DNA of 64,000 bases from an uncultured virus (IMG/VR IMGVR_UViG_3300016662_000010). Lineage: Duplodnaviria > Heunggongvirae > Uroviricota > Caudoviricetes. The position numbers were made by a program, and so were the translations under genes. The notes under the pieces were generated by a model. That model searched no databases and was not told the origin of the DNA. It saw only the letters and a program-made list of their open reading frames with translations. Shown here one piece after another: positions 1-8,745 of this stretch. The stretch lies in the IMG/VR virus record IMGVR_UViG_3300016662_000010, one strand, 5' to 3'. Each line of letters begins with the position of its first letter. Positions within the stretch are counted from its first letter, which is position 1.

Positions 1-203
1 CCATAGCCATCGCCATAGCCATTGCCATAGCCATAGCCACAGCCATTGCCATCGCCATCGCCATTGCTATAGCCATAGCCATAGCCATAGCCATTGCCAT
101 TGCCATAGCCATTGCCATTGCCATAGCCATCGCCATAGCCATAGCCATAGCCATTGCCATAGCCATAGCCATAGCCATTGCCATAGCCGTAGCCGACGAT
201 CAT
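1..203 (-). CDS. Gly-Tyr/Asn/Asp repeat protein (MIVGYGYGNGYGYG...), truncated by window edge
   Basis: ATG at 203 overlaps the stop of the upstream ORF (ATGA); the reverse complement of the ccatag/ccattg/ccatcg repeats reads GY/GN/GD dipeptides. Confidence 0.75.
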   Translation of the reverse strand, partial: MIVGYGYGNGYGYGYGNGYGYGYGDGYGNGNGYGNGNGYGYGYGYSNGDGDGNGCGYGYGNGYGDGY

Positions 204-490
204 TTCAGCCCCCAGTCATCAGAGACCGGCACGCTGAAGATTTCAGCCCCAGCGGGGATGTCAATGTCTGCGTGAGGCCGAATGTCGGCTTTGCTGGGGT
301 CGTCAATGACTGCGCCAAAACCGCAGGAGGCCCACTTGAATACCCATACGCAACGCGACAGGTAGATGCGTCCATCTTTGCGGGTTACGTCTCCCGCGTA
401 AATCCAGCCGCGATCAATGACGACCACAGCGCGATTGCCTGCCCGTGCGACAGGCATGTATTCAATTCCGTTGAGAGTGATTGTTTCCAT
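200..490 (-). CDS. Phage hypothetical protein (DUF6948-like)
   Basis: VVVIDRGWIYAG...RCVWVFKW pattern; as I recall, this family is usually followed by a GYG-repeat ORF, as here. Confidence 0.6.
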   Translation of the reverse strand: METITLNGIEYMPVARAGNRAVVVIDRGWIYAGDVTRKDGRIYLSRCVWVFKWASCGFGAVIDDPSKADIRPHADIDIPAGAEIFSVPVSDDWGLK

Positions 491-543
491 GGTGATATCA
501 CTGTTGAATGTTGCCCCGGATAGGCTCCGGGCGGGCCTGGTCC

Positions 544-957
544 TCAGAGGATTGCGAAGTCAGCGGCGGTCGTACGGCCGGCGAAGGGATTGAAATGGCA
601 GATCATGCCAGCCCTCGCAGGGCCGGTGCCATCGGGATCAAACAGGATCCTCTGCGCAGTGCCGGCACTGCCTTGGCGGAGGAATGTCGGCAGGGCAGCA
701 GGCGCCTTGGCACCTTCGACGTAGCTGAACGCCTGGCCGGCGGTCAGGCCGAATGCGGCAGCATCAATGGCGATGCGGTCAATGCCGGCCTGATAGTCCA
801 GAATGAAATCAGCATGTTTCTGGCCGGAGTGGCTGAACAAGAAAGTGTCAGCAGCACCGCCTCCAAGGAGTTCATCATTACCAGCACCACCGTTAATGAT
901 GTCGGATTGGGCAGAGCCTTGGATGCTGTTAGCGAAGTTGTTGCCGTTGATGATCAT
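544..957 (-). CDS. Small RTX/hemolysin-type Ca2+-binding repeat protein
   Basis: GGAGNDELLGGGAADTFLF nonapeptide repeats, D-x-I-x-D-Y/F motif (DFILDYQAGIDRI), C-terminal FDPDGTG and DFAIL. Confidence 0.8.
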   Translation of the reverse strand: MIINGNNFANSIQGSAQSDIINGGAGNDELLGGGAADTFLFSHSGQKHADFILDYQAGIDRIAIDAAAFGLTAGQAFSYVEGAKAPAALPTFLRQGSAGTAQRILFDPDGTGPARAGMICHFNPFAGRTTAADFAIL

Positions 958-1020
958 TGCTAGTAGTCCAAGAAAGTTGAGCACAGGCTGAGGACGAGGC
1001 TGTCCCCCAGACCTGCGCCC

Positions 1021-1049
1021 ATTGTGGCCCCATTTTGCGCTGGTGTCAA
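1021..1049 (-). promoter_or_regulatory. Sigma70-type promoter for the RTX/DUF6948 genes
   Basis: TTGACA-17 bp-CACAAT on the minus strand. Confidence 0.6.
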
Positions 1050-1071
1050 CAAGGGAGGAGCGAAGAGACCA

Positions 1072-1476
1072 TTAGGCATCCTTATAGGCAAACTTGGCTC
1101 CCACTAGCGGGGATGACCTCCAAGCCTTAGCCATAACGTGATAATCGCCAATGATTTCTAGTTCAGCAATGCGATGGCAGCGATCTAGGAGGGCTTTACA
1201 GGCGTCCTTTCGGAGCTTATTGGGTTGGCGTCTTGGTTCATGTAATTCCACTAGCGCAAAATCTGCCAATTCTTCCACATCGCTTAAATCAGACGTGACC
1301 AAAATGAGTTGCTCCCCACGAGAGCGAATCTTCCCCCATGCTGGATGAGGCAATGGCTCTTCTTGGCCAATCTCTTTCGCATCGCCGTGCAAAGCTCGTG
1401 GCACCACCACCGTTTGCTGCTTTTCGTTGTATTCAGCAGGGAAATAGGAAGCGATGGAAGGGGCAGGGTGGTTCAT
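1072..1476 (-). CDS. Hypothetical protein
   Basis: 134-aa ATG ORF co-oriented with neighbours. Confidence 0.6.
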   Translation of the reverse strand: MNHPAPSIASYFPAEYNEKQQTVVVPRALHGDAKEIGQEEPLPHPAWGKIRSRGEQLILVTSDLSDVEELADFALVELHEPRRQPNKLRKDACKALLDRCHRIAELEIIGDYHVMAKAWRSSPLVGAKFAYKDA

Positions 1477-1509
1477 TGTTGCTAGTGGTGCCCAGGCATC
1501 GTAAGCCTT

Positions 1510-2238
1510 TTAGAGCTTTTCGTCAATCGTGCTGGGCAATAGTTGCGTGCCTTTAGGGCCAATGTTTTCAGCTTCTGCGAATTGAATTTCAATGGCCAAT
1601 TCCTTTGCTTTTTGTTCCTCGGCTTCAGCATCAGCTTTAGCCAAAGTGGCAGACAAGTCTTTGAGAAAATCATGGTAGCTTTTCTCTTCTTTTGCTGCCG
1701 TTGGCAAGTTATTGAGACCAACAATTTTGGCTTGTTCGGCAATGAGGTTTTTGGCCACATTAAGGAAACCAACATCACCAGCGCTTTCCTCTACCGTGAC
1801 TGTTACTTCCTCACTTTCTTCTCCATTGCCCAAGCTCTTGGTAGTTGTCTTTGTCTTTTTCTTGCTTTCATGGAAAGCCGCTAATGCTTGATTCTTTAGA
1901 TCAATGCTTTCCTGGAGAAGCCTAGCACGATGGAGGTCAGCGGTTTGCAGAATGTTTTGAGTGTATAAGTTGCGTGCATACTCCCTATCTTTATTAACAG
2001 TTTCTTTGCTCATAATCAAGATTTGGCTAATCTGCTCATTGCTGAATGATGCAGCAACAAGTTGATTCACCATGAGCCGTCTTTTGTGAATGTTTAATGG
2101 ACCATAATTAAGACGGCTATTGCGATGGGGAAGATCCCGGATTTCCTGGATTTCTTGTTCTGTAAAGCCATTCCTCTTCAGGACTTCTACGGCTTGCTCA
2201 AGAACTGGCTCTCCGGGATCGTACTGACGACGGTGCAT
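1510..2238 (-). CDS. HTH DNA-binding protein, possible terminase small subunit
   Basis: HTH-like SNEQISQILIMSKETVNKD followed by helical/coiled region and a beta-hairpin-like KTKTTTK...EVTVTVEE; the TerS call is inference. Confidence 0.45.
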   Translation of the reverse strand: MHRRQYDPGEPVLEQAVEVLKRNGFTEQEIQEIRDLPHRNSRLNYGPLNIHKRRLMVNQLVAASFSNEQISQILIMSKETVNKDREYARNLYTQNILQTADLHRARLLQESIDLKNQALAAFHESKKKTKTTTKSLGNGEESEEVTVTVEESAGDVGFLNVAKNLIAEQAKIVGLNNLPTAAKEEKSYHDFLKDLSATLAKADAEAEEQKAKELAIEIQFAEAENIGPKGTQLLPSTIDEKL

Positions 2239-2273
2239 GGTGCTTAATTGTTTGGCACCATAATAGCAGGAAA

Positions 2274-2612
2274 CTAGAAAGCCTCCTCTTCTTGGTTTTT
2301 AGGGAAATTAAACACCACGCTGGTTTTACCTGGTTTTTGCTCGTAGTCACCCAAGTCATCAGCAAGAGCTTTAAGGCGCTTATAGGCAGCCTCTGCTTCA
2401 TTGACTGCTGGGCCATAGGTTTTGGTGGTTCGAGTTTCTAGGCGCACTGAGCCTTTGCCAGTGGTCCACCCGGTCTCCCTCATTGCTTCTAGCACTTCTT
2501 GAATGTTGGCCTTGCAGAGAGCTTCTTGCTGCTCCATTGCTTTTTGTTTGGCCTTAATGCCTTTAAGCTCCTTGATTAGAAGCTCCAGATCCTGCGCTTG
2601 CTCTTGGTTCAT
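2274..2612 (-). CDS. Hypothetical coiled-coil protein
   Basis: ATG at 2612 (MNQEQAQDL), acidic C-terminus EEEAF. Confidence 0.6.
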   Translation of the reverse strand: MNQEQAQDLELLIKELKGIKAKQKAMEQQEALCKANIQEVLEAMRETGWTTGKGSVRLETRTTKTYGPAVNEAEAAYKRLKALADDLGDYEQKPGKTSVVFNFPKNQEEEAF

Positions 2613-2805
2613 TGTTCTTGTTGATGAAGTGGACAATTTCCTCATAGCTCCCCCTCCAATGCCTTTCGCCATTGTTGTCCTTAGTGGCATAGAGCATACG
2701 AGCCACTCCATTGCTTGAAAAGCCATAGTGGCGAATCACGCTAATTTCTTGCCCATTGTGAGCAAGAGAGGGAAGGTGATCGGGCTGACGAGGGCGAGAA
2801 ATCAC
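2563..2805 (-). CDS. Hypothetical protein
   Basis: 80-aa ORF, first gene of the leftward unit. Confidence 0.5.
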   Translation of the reverse strand: MISRPRQPDHLPSLAHNGQEISVIRHYGFSSNGVARMLYATKDNNGERHWRGSYEEIVHFINKNNEPRASAGSGASNQGA

Positions 2806-2917
2806 TGAGGCGAACCAAATCTACAAGACAGAGTAAGAGGAGTCAAGAGAATTAGCAGAGACAGTGAAGCCCGTTGGCAGGTTCGCCTAACGGCGATGGC
2901 CGAAACGGGCTAGCCAA

Positions 2918-2962
2918 AGGAGCCTAAGCCAGAGGAACCTAGGCGGAAGGAGCCTGCAGGAC
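2918..2962 (+). repeat. Three imperfect 15-bp direct repeats (AGGARCCT core)
   Basis: AGGAGCCTAAGCCAG / AGGAACCTAGGCGGA / AGGAGCCTGCAGGAC at 2918, 2933, 2948. Confidence 0.5.
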
Positions 2963-3024
2963 AGCACTCGGTTCCGTTCCCAGCATATATCGCGTGTCAA
3001 TAGGGCCACTGTTTCGGGCAGGGC

Positions 3025-3053
3025 TTGACAGCGGGAAACGGTGGGGCTATCGT
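3025..3053 (+). promoter_or_regulatory. Sigma70-type promoter upstream of the pentapeptide-repeat gene
   Basis: TTGACA-17 bp-TATCGT, 26 nt before ATG 3080. Confidence 0.65.
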
Positions 3054-3079
3054 CTGAGAGTTGTTTGCCCCACTGAGCT

Positions 3080-3853
3080 ATGGACTTGACTGATGTCTTA
3101 GAACAGCACCGTCTTTGGCTGGTAACGAGCGGGCGCGAGGGGCGCCGGGCCGATCTGAGCGGGGCCGACCTGCGCGGGGCCAACCTGCGCGGGGTCGACC
3201 TAAGCGGGGTCATCCTGCGCGGGGCCGACCTTCGCGCGGCCGATCTGATCGGTGCCAACCTGCGAGGAGCCAATCTGAGCGGTGCCGACCTGAGCGGTGC
3301 CGATCTGAGCGGTGCCGACCTGCGCGGTGCCAACCTGCGAGGAGCCAATCTGAGCGGCACCGGCCTAATCGGTGCCGACCTGATCGGTGCCAACCTGATC
3401 GGTGCCAACCTCAGCGATGCCGACCTGAGCGGGGCCAACCTGAGCGGTGCCAGCCTGCACAACGCCGACCTGAGCGGGGCCAACCTGAGCGGGGCCAACC
3501 CCAGCGATGCCGACCTGATCGGTGCCAACCTGATCGGTGCTATTGGCCTCACCATCGCCGCTGATGCCCCGCAACGGCTGCTGGCCGTAGCACGTGCCGC
3601 GCTGGCCACAGACTCAGCTCTGCAAATGGACGAATGGCACACATGCAAGACCACTCACTGCATTGCCGGTTGGGCGATCCATCAGGCTGGCGAGCCAGGC
3701 CGGCTGCTGGAGGAGACTCACGGCCCAGAGGTCGCCGGGCGGATGCTGCTCGGCCACGATGCGGCCATGCATTTCCACGACAGCAACGACGACGCCCGCG
3801 CCTGGCTGCAGTCGGTGCTGGACGCTGCTGAGGCGGGGGAGGTGGGGGCATGA
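3080..3853 (+). CDS. Pentapeptide-repeat protein with C-terminal Cys/His domain
   Basis: Tandem A(D/N)LxG repeats, then WHTCKTTHCIAGWA. Confidence 0.92.
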   Translation: MDLTDVLEQHRLWLVTSGREGRRADLSGADLRGANLRGVDLSGVILRGADLRAADLIGANLRGANLSGADLSGADLSGADLRGANLRGANLSGTGLIGADLIGANLIGANLSDADLSGANLSGASLHNADLSGANLSGANPSDADLIGANLIGAIGLTIAADAPQRLLAVARAALATDSALQMDEWHTCKTTHCIAGWAIHQAGEPGRLLEETHGPEVAGRMLLGHDAAMHFHDSNDDARAWLQSVLDAAEAGEVGA

Positions 3854-4590
3854 GCACTTCCACAGTCTTAAAAGCAGGCCAGGCGCCCCTCATGGTGGGG
3901 CAACGATGGAAAGACAAAACTGGCAAAATCGTAGAACTACTTGACTACAACTGTTCCACCAAATACTTTATTGGAAAACGAAACGGCCACTTAAATCACA
4001 TCTATGACTATCAAGGCCACGAAATGTTCGGCCTAGATGGCGAAATGGATCTTGTTGAGCTGATAGAAACTGGCCCGTTGTTTGAGGCTGGTCAACTATG
4101 GTTGAGGGCCGATGGGGCGCAACTCCGTTTGCGCAAGAGTCAAGACGGCTTACGTGCATATTTTGTGAATCCAGAAGACGATGAGGACGAACCTTTTGCT
4201 GCCTCTGTCGAATGGCATAGGCCAGGCCTATGCGTCAACTTGGTCAAACTTCTGCAGCCTAATAATTGCTGCTTGACTGCTCCATTGCTTAAGCCTCCAC
4301 TTGGCCTTCGTCCACGTTTCGTTGTGTTAGAAGAACGAATAAAAGAAATCAACAAAGCTATTGAAAGGTATAGGCAGGCTCAAAAGACCATTCCAGCGGA
4401 ATGGTACAACGAAAAAAGCTTAATCAATGACGAACTAGATCTCCTTTCTTTTAATCGTTGGTGGGATCTTGAAGGGAGTGGAATGGCTCCCGAGAAAGGC
4501 GAGGACCAAGAAGCGCATGTCCACCGCATTTCACGCATTGCTTGGAGTAATGGTTTCTTTAAGGCGCGATGCTATGAAGCTACTCTCTGA
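3850..4590 (+). CDS. Hypothetical protein with two GQxW...G modules
   Basis: ATGA overlap with upstream gene; VGQRWKDKTG and AGQLWLRADG. Confidence 0.65.
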   Translation: MSTSTVLKAGQAPLMVGQRWKDKTGKIVELLDYNCSTKYFIGKRNGHLNHIYDYQGHEMFGLDGEMDLVELIETGPLFEAGQLWLRADGAQLRLRKSQDGLRAYFVNPEDDEDEPFAASVEWHRPGLCVNLVKLLQPNNCCLTAPLLKPPLGLRPRFVVLEERIKEINKAIERYRQAQKTIPAEWYNEKSLINDELDLLSFNRWWDLEGSGMAPEKGEDQEAHVHRISRIAWSNGFFKARCYEATL

Positions 4591-4732
4591 TTGGACACGA
4601 TGTCAAGACCATTCTTGTCCATGGCATCAAAACTGCGCTCGCTGGCGACAACGAGCCGATGGAAATAGCCAAGCGGCCACCATGCGACACCCCTCCTCAA
4701 GCTCTTGTGACTATTTTGTCCCTCATGACTGA
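4574..4732 (+). CDS. Small Cys-rich protein
   Basis: MKLLSDWTRCQDHSCPWHQNCARW...CDYF, four Cys, overlaps both neighbours. Confidence 0.55.
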   Translation: MKLLSDWTRCQDHSCPWHQNCARWRQRADGNSQAATMRHPSSSSCDYFVPHD

Positions 4733-5237
4733 TTCCAAATCCACGATTCTGCCTAAGTTTGAAGTGGGCCAGACTTGGCGCACAAGAAAAGGCGACACTT
4801 GCGCAATTACGCAGATAGCCAACCATTGTGAGTATCCTATTGCGACTGATCTTTATGGCCCATCTTGGAAGGCCTGGTACGACTTAAATGGAAATAGCTG
4901 CTTTGGTAATGGCGACCATGAAGACGATCTGGTCTCCTTGGTGAAGCCTGTTATTGCCATTGACAAGCCCGAGAAAGAGCCGACTCCCGCCCCCATCATT
5001 ATGCCCAACTCCGCTGAATTTCTCCTCCCTCAGTCCATTGTTAATGGCGATACACCATTTTACGTAGTAGTGGCCATTGATCCCGACGATGGCGAAAAAC
5101 TTGTATGGGAAACACCGATGCCAGAAGGAGCAACTCTTGAGGCTGCACTTAAACAACGCCTTCGGTTAAATCCGCGCTATTCCGTGTCCTACATTGCCGA
5201 ATGCCGTATCATTCCTCTTCTAACACAACAATCATGA
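4725..5237 (+). CDS. Hypothetical protein (GQxW module)
   Basis: FEVGQTWRTRKG...DLV domain. Confidence 0.65.
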   Translation: MTDSKSTILPKFEVGQTWRTRKGDTCAITQIANHCEYPIATDLYGPSWKAWYDLNGNSCFGNGDHEDDLVSLVKPVIAIDKPEKEPTPAPIIMPNSAEFLLPQSIVNGDTPFYVVVAIDPDDGEKLVWETPMPEGATLEAALKQRLRLNPRYSVSYIAECRIIPLLTQQS

Positions 5238-5381
5238 TCTCTGCCAAAGCATTTGCTATTCGCAAACGCCAGTATCTCACTCAGCTTTTGTCCCTACCAC
5301 TTTCGTTGATTGAGCGTACAATCCTCCTGCAGCCTTTTCTAGCTGATTGCTGGAACTAGCTTTCTCTCCATTGCTTTCTTG

Positions 5382-5408
5382 AGCCGGGGTTTGATCCTCG
5401 GCTTTTTT
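5382..5408 (+). terminator. Rho-independent terminator
   Basis: AGCCGGGG/CCTCGGCT stem plus T-run, between convergent units. Confidence 0.7.
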
Positions 5409-5529
5409 GTTGCCAAAGCCGTTGTTGTAGATGATGGCCATACCTAGTCAAATGAGCAAGTTCTTTCCAATAATAAAGCCCCTGCAAAAGGGGCATTGGC
5501 TGAGCGGCAAAAGGCGCATTGCTTAGTCC

Positions 5530-7512
5530 TTAAAAGAAGTCATCATCTTCTGCCTCAGCATCGGCATTGCCCTCTTTAGTTGGATTCTCGATAACTGCCG
5601 AATAGTTCCAATCGTGATAAAGCCTATCCCTTTCGCCATTCGGACCAGTCTGCCAGGAGCTAGTGATCAGCCCTTGGCGTCGTGCCACTTCCAGCATCTT
5701 GCGAGTGCCACCAACGTCCCAAGAGCCAACAATGGCTGCCACTTGCCTGCAGGACAGCCTTTCGTTCCGCCTTGCTCCTAGTGCTGTCACAACTGCCTCT
5801 AGCTCGTCCAGGCTGCCTCCTAGCGGGCCTCCATAGCGCCAGCCATAGTTCATTGGCTCCCGAGTCAGGACGTGTTTGCCGCTTAGTCCCGCCCGACTCT
5901 TGAGCCATTCAAGCGTGAACTGGTTATTGTCATAACCGCCCTCCATTCGATTAAACTTAATCACTTCGCTCACGTTGTCTACAAAAGCACTACTGTCACG
6001 CAATCCTCCAGTCTTATTCAAGTGGTGAAGGATGACAATACTGCATTGATACTGATTGGCCAAATCTCGCAAACCATAAATAACATCACCACTAGAGCTT
6101 TTCGTTAAGTCAATGTTCATGCCAGACAGGCACGAAGTAAGGCTATCAATGACAACAAAACTAGGGCGATGCTTACGGATGAACTCCTCCAGTTGCTTAA
6201 TATGAGCAAAGCGCCAATTCTCCCAAAAGCTAATCATGCCAGGCTCTAGCCCAGCATCGGCATAACCAATAACGGCCAATTTCTCTGTAGTATCCACAAG
6301 TGGCTCATCACTCTGAATGATTAGCACTTTGCCTTTTGCGCATCGTCTATTGCTCCATGGCTTACCTAGGGCAATGGACAAAGCCCAGTTATAGAGCAAA
6401 CTGCTTTTCCCACATCCGCCTTGAGCCGCCAATAGCATCACTGTTCCTTGCGGCACAATGCCTGCAATGAGCCATTCCCTACATTGATCGCTATTGGCAA
6501 TGGTCAAAGCATCAATGGTTTCAATGGTTTCACGGCCATGCACTCGCCCCTTGGCTTCGTCTACGAGCTTATCAATGTTCTGCTGTGGCATTTTGATGCC
6601 TTTGCGTTCCAACCACGATGCAGTTTCGTAGTAAATGCGAGCATCATTGTTGCCAAATAGGCCAACAAAGTCTTCGATGGAGGAAATGATTTCGTCATAA
6701 CCTGGCTTGCCATCAGCGTTCTGATGGCGCCCTTTGGAAACAATGGCAGAAAGCAAATCGTCTTTTGTGGCACCTTCGCCTTGAATCCAATCGCCAATGT
6801 CATAGCCATTCTTGCTGGGAAGATTATCCCATTCCCAAGAATCACCATCAGCATAAAGCCATTGTGCGCCAGGATTATCAGCCTCAACTTCCTTCATGAA
6901 GGCCACTCCAGGCTCATCACGATCAGGGCAAAGGACTAGGCGATAATCACGAAAGATGGTGGAATAATCACCATTGCTGCGATATTGTTTGCTGCCGCCA
7001 AGAAAGCTAATGGCTGGTAGGCCAATGTTCCATATTGCATCAGCTTTTAGCTCTCCTTCGACAATGAAAATTGGAAGGCCGTTTTCGTTGCTAGCTTTTA
7101 TGGCTTCGTGATAACGATATGGCAGGATTGTGGCCTTAGCCTCCTGCAGTTGGAGCTTTGCCGATGGAGAATTGGTGTCAATGGTGGGGAAATCTTGCCA
7201 GATGCGCTTACTGTCACTTTCACCATCGTCCTTTCTATTGACGACAACAATGGTTTCACCCTGCTCGTTTTGGTAATGGAATTGATGAAATGCCTCTTGT
7301 CGTCTAGGCTTTTCCCATCGTTCCATTGGGGCTAGAGTATTGCGGATTTCAGCGCGATGCTTGGGGGATGGGTCCTGAAAACAAGTGTAAGCACCAGTGG
7401 TTTTGTTGATGGACAAGTTGTTGCCTTGGCAGGCAGGGCAGATGAACTTACCGCTTTCCTTGGCTGGAACCAATGAGTCTAAGTAGTCCAGGATTGAGAA
7501 AGACATGGCCAT
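5530..7512 (-). CDS. DNA primase-helicase (Zn finger + Toprim + RecA-like AAA_25 ATPase)
   Basis: CPAC zinc motif, IVEGELKAD and DRD Toprim motifs, Walker A AQGGCGKS, Walker B VVIDS, ILHHLNK. Confidence 0.9.
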   Translation of the reverse strand: MAMSFSILDYLDSLVPAKESGKFICPACQGNNLSINKTTGAYTCFQDPSPKHRAEIRNTLAPMERWEKPRRQEAFHQFHYQNEQGETIVVVNRKDDGESDSKRIWQDFPTIDTNSPSAKLQLQEAKATILPYRYHEAIKASNENGLPIFIVEGELKADAIWNIGLPAISFLGGSKQYRSNGDYSTIFRDYRLVLCPDRDEPGVAFMKEVEADNPGAQWLYADGDSWEWDNLPSKNGYDIGDWIQGEGATKDDLLSAIVSKGRHQNADGKPGYDEIISSIEDFVGLFGNNDARIYYETASWLERKGIKMPQQNIDKLVDEAKGRVHGRETIETIDALTIANSDQCREWLIAGIVPQGTVMLLAAQGGCGKSSLLYNWALSIALGKPWSNRRCAKGKVLIIQSDEPLVDTTEKLAVIGYADAGLEPGMISFWENWRFAHIKQLEEFIRKHRPSFVVIDSLTSCLSGMNIDLTKSSSGDVIYGLRDLANQYQCSIVILHHLNKTGGLRDSSAFVDNVSEVIKFNRMEGGYDNNQFTLEWLKSRAGLSGKHVLTREPMNYGWRYGGPLGGSLDELEAVVTALGARRNERLSCRQVAAIVGSWDVGGTRKMLEVARRQGLITSSWQTGPNGERDRLYHDWNYSAVIENPTKEGNADAEAEDDDFF

Positions 7513-7654
7513 GGATCGCGCCTTGCCATTGTGGCACCCAAGTTTCCGACCGTCAGAAACAGCCTGATAAGCAAGCCTTATGGGGCAAAACAGGGAAAGG
7601 TGGGGCTAGTGGGCCTATGGTGGTTCAGTTCCATTCTCCGCTGCCAATGCCCTA

Positions 7655-7837
7655 ATGCTGTACGACCAGCCCAAACGCAAAATCCACTTTGCGCTCACGC
7701 CCACGGCCCTAAGTCGTCTTAAGGAATTATCAGCTAACGCTGAGCTAAGCCTTAGTGAAACCTTAGAGCGGCTGTTACGCTCCACTCCTGCCCATGAAGG
7801 GCTTGTCCTTTGCAATGAAAACTGGAACAATGACTGA
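7655..7837 (+). CDS. Ribbon-helix-helix (CopG-like) regulator
   Basis: KRKIHFALT strand followed by two helices (SLSETLERLLR). Confidence 0.65.
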   Translation: MLYDQPKRKIHFALTPTALSRLKELSANAELSLSETLERLLRSTPAHEGLVLCNENWNND

Positions 7838-8684
7838 AGAACAAAATGCCGCTTTGGCTGCTTTGACCGATCGAACACTGGGACTGTTTGCCCCTTTGGA
7901 AATTAGTTACGAGAAGTTCAAGGCCGCCTATGAGCTTCCCATTGGGGAGCATGTTGAAAAGAACTACAAAGGCTTGTCCTACTTGTCGTGGCCTTTTGCA
8001 TTCCGCTACTTCTACGAGCATTTCCCTGGCCTTTACGTCCAGTTTGAGGAAAGCAGGAATGGCTGGCCCGTGTTTGGTGAGCCTGGCGCCTATATTCTCC
8101 GGCCTTTTATCACCGATGGAGTGAGGCGGACAACGGCGCTTGTGTTTCCAATCATGGATAACAAGCACAATTCAATTCAAGCTCTAGATGCTAGGGCCAT
8201 TAGTGACAACTGCCAGCGAGCTACGGTCAAAACCATTGCCACTTTCACTGGCCTAGGACTGAAACTCTATTCCGGCGAGGACATTCCAAGGGACGATTCA
8301 GCGTCGTCTGCCTCTGCTCCTGCCTCTCCTCCATCGTCTTCCCCTTCTGCGCCAGAGCAGTCGCCTGATGCCGCTTTTGACGGGCGGGCAGCAGGCTTGG
8401 CCTTGGCTAATGCTGGAGTGTTTGGCCTAGATCGGCAGGCAGTGATCACTTTGGCCAAGAATGCCCTAGAAACCATGGGCCTCAAGGCTTCTGCGGACCT
8501 CAAGTCTCCTCAGCAGTTTGGCCTTTTGTGTCAAACCATGATGGCGGCTTGGACTAAAGACAATGGCATCAAGATTACCAAGCCTGCAATGGCCAAAGAA
8601 ATGGAAGCCTTGCAAGTGGAAGCAGAGAAAGGCGCAGAACAAGCTATTGCATTCATTGCAAAGTTTGTTGAGGAAAAAAAGTAA
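7830..8684 (+). CDS. sak3: Sak3/DUF1071-like single-strand annealing protein
   Basis: GLSYLSWPFA, PIMDNKHNSI, QRATVK, GLGLKLYSGEDIP. Confidence 0.85.
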   Translation: MTEEQNAALAALTDRTLGLFAPLEISYEKFKAAYELPIGEHVEKNYKGLSYLSWPFAFRYFYEHFPGLYVQFEESRNGWPVFGEPGAYILRPFITDGVRRTTALVFPIMDNKHNSIQALDARAISDNCQRATVKTIATFTGLGLKLYSGEDIPRDDSASSASAPASPPSSSPSAPEQSPDAAFDGRAAGLALANAGVFGLDRQAVITLAKNALETMGLKASADLKSPQQFGLLCQTMMAAWTKDNGIKITKPAMAKEMEALQVEAEKGAEQAIAFIAKFVEEKK

Positions 8685-8719
8685 TAGTGGCAGCGGCCCG
8701 CCTTGCGCGGGCCTTTGCC
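8675..8719 (+). other. Candidate -1 frameshift signal (A AAA AAG + downstream hairpin)
   Basis: In-phase heptamer 8675-8681 immediately before TAA; hairpin 8689-8719 after a 7-nt spacer. Confidence 0.6.
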
Positions 8720-8745
8720 GGAACCATCATCATCCCCGAGGAACA

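Noticed and set aside
1..200. Microsatellite or CRISPR-like repeats
   Set aside because: 6-bp units with no spacers; they read as a Gly-X protein on the minus strand.
2887..3654. Long minus-strand ORF (RLAP repeats) and alternative-frame ORFs
   Set aside because: Shadows of the pentapeptide repeats.
8563..8745. N-terminal extension of ORF 8563-9237 as a fusion to Sak3
   Set aside because: It is in the +1 frame relative to Sak3, and comparison with the paralog places the true start at 8746.
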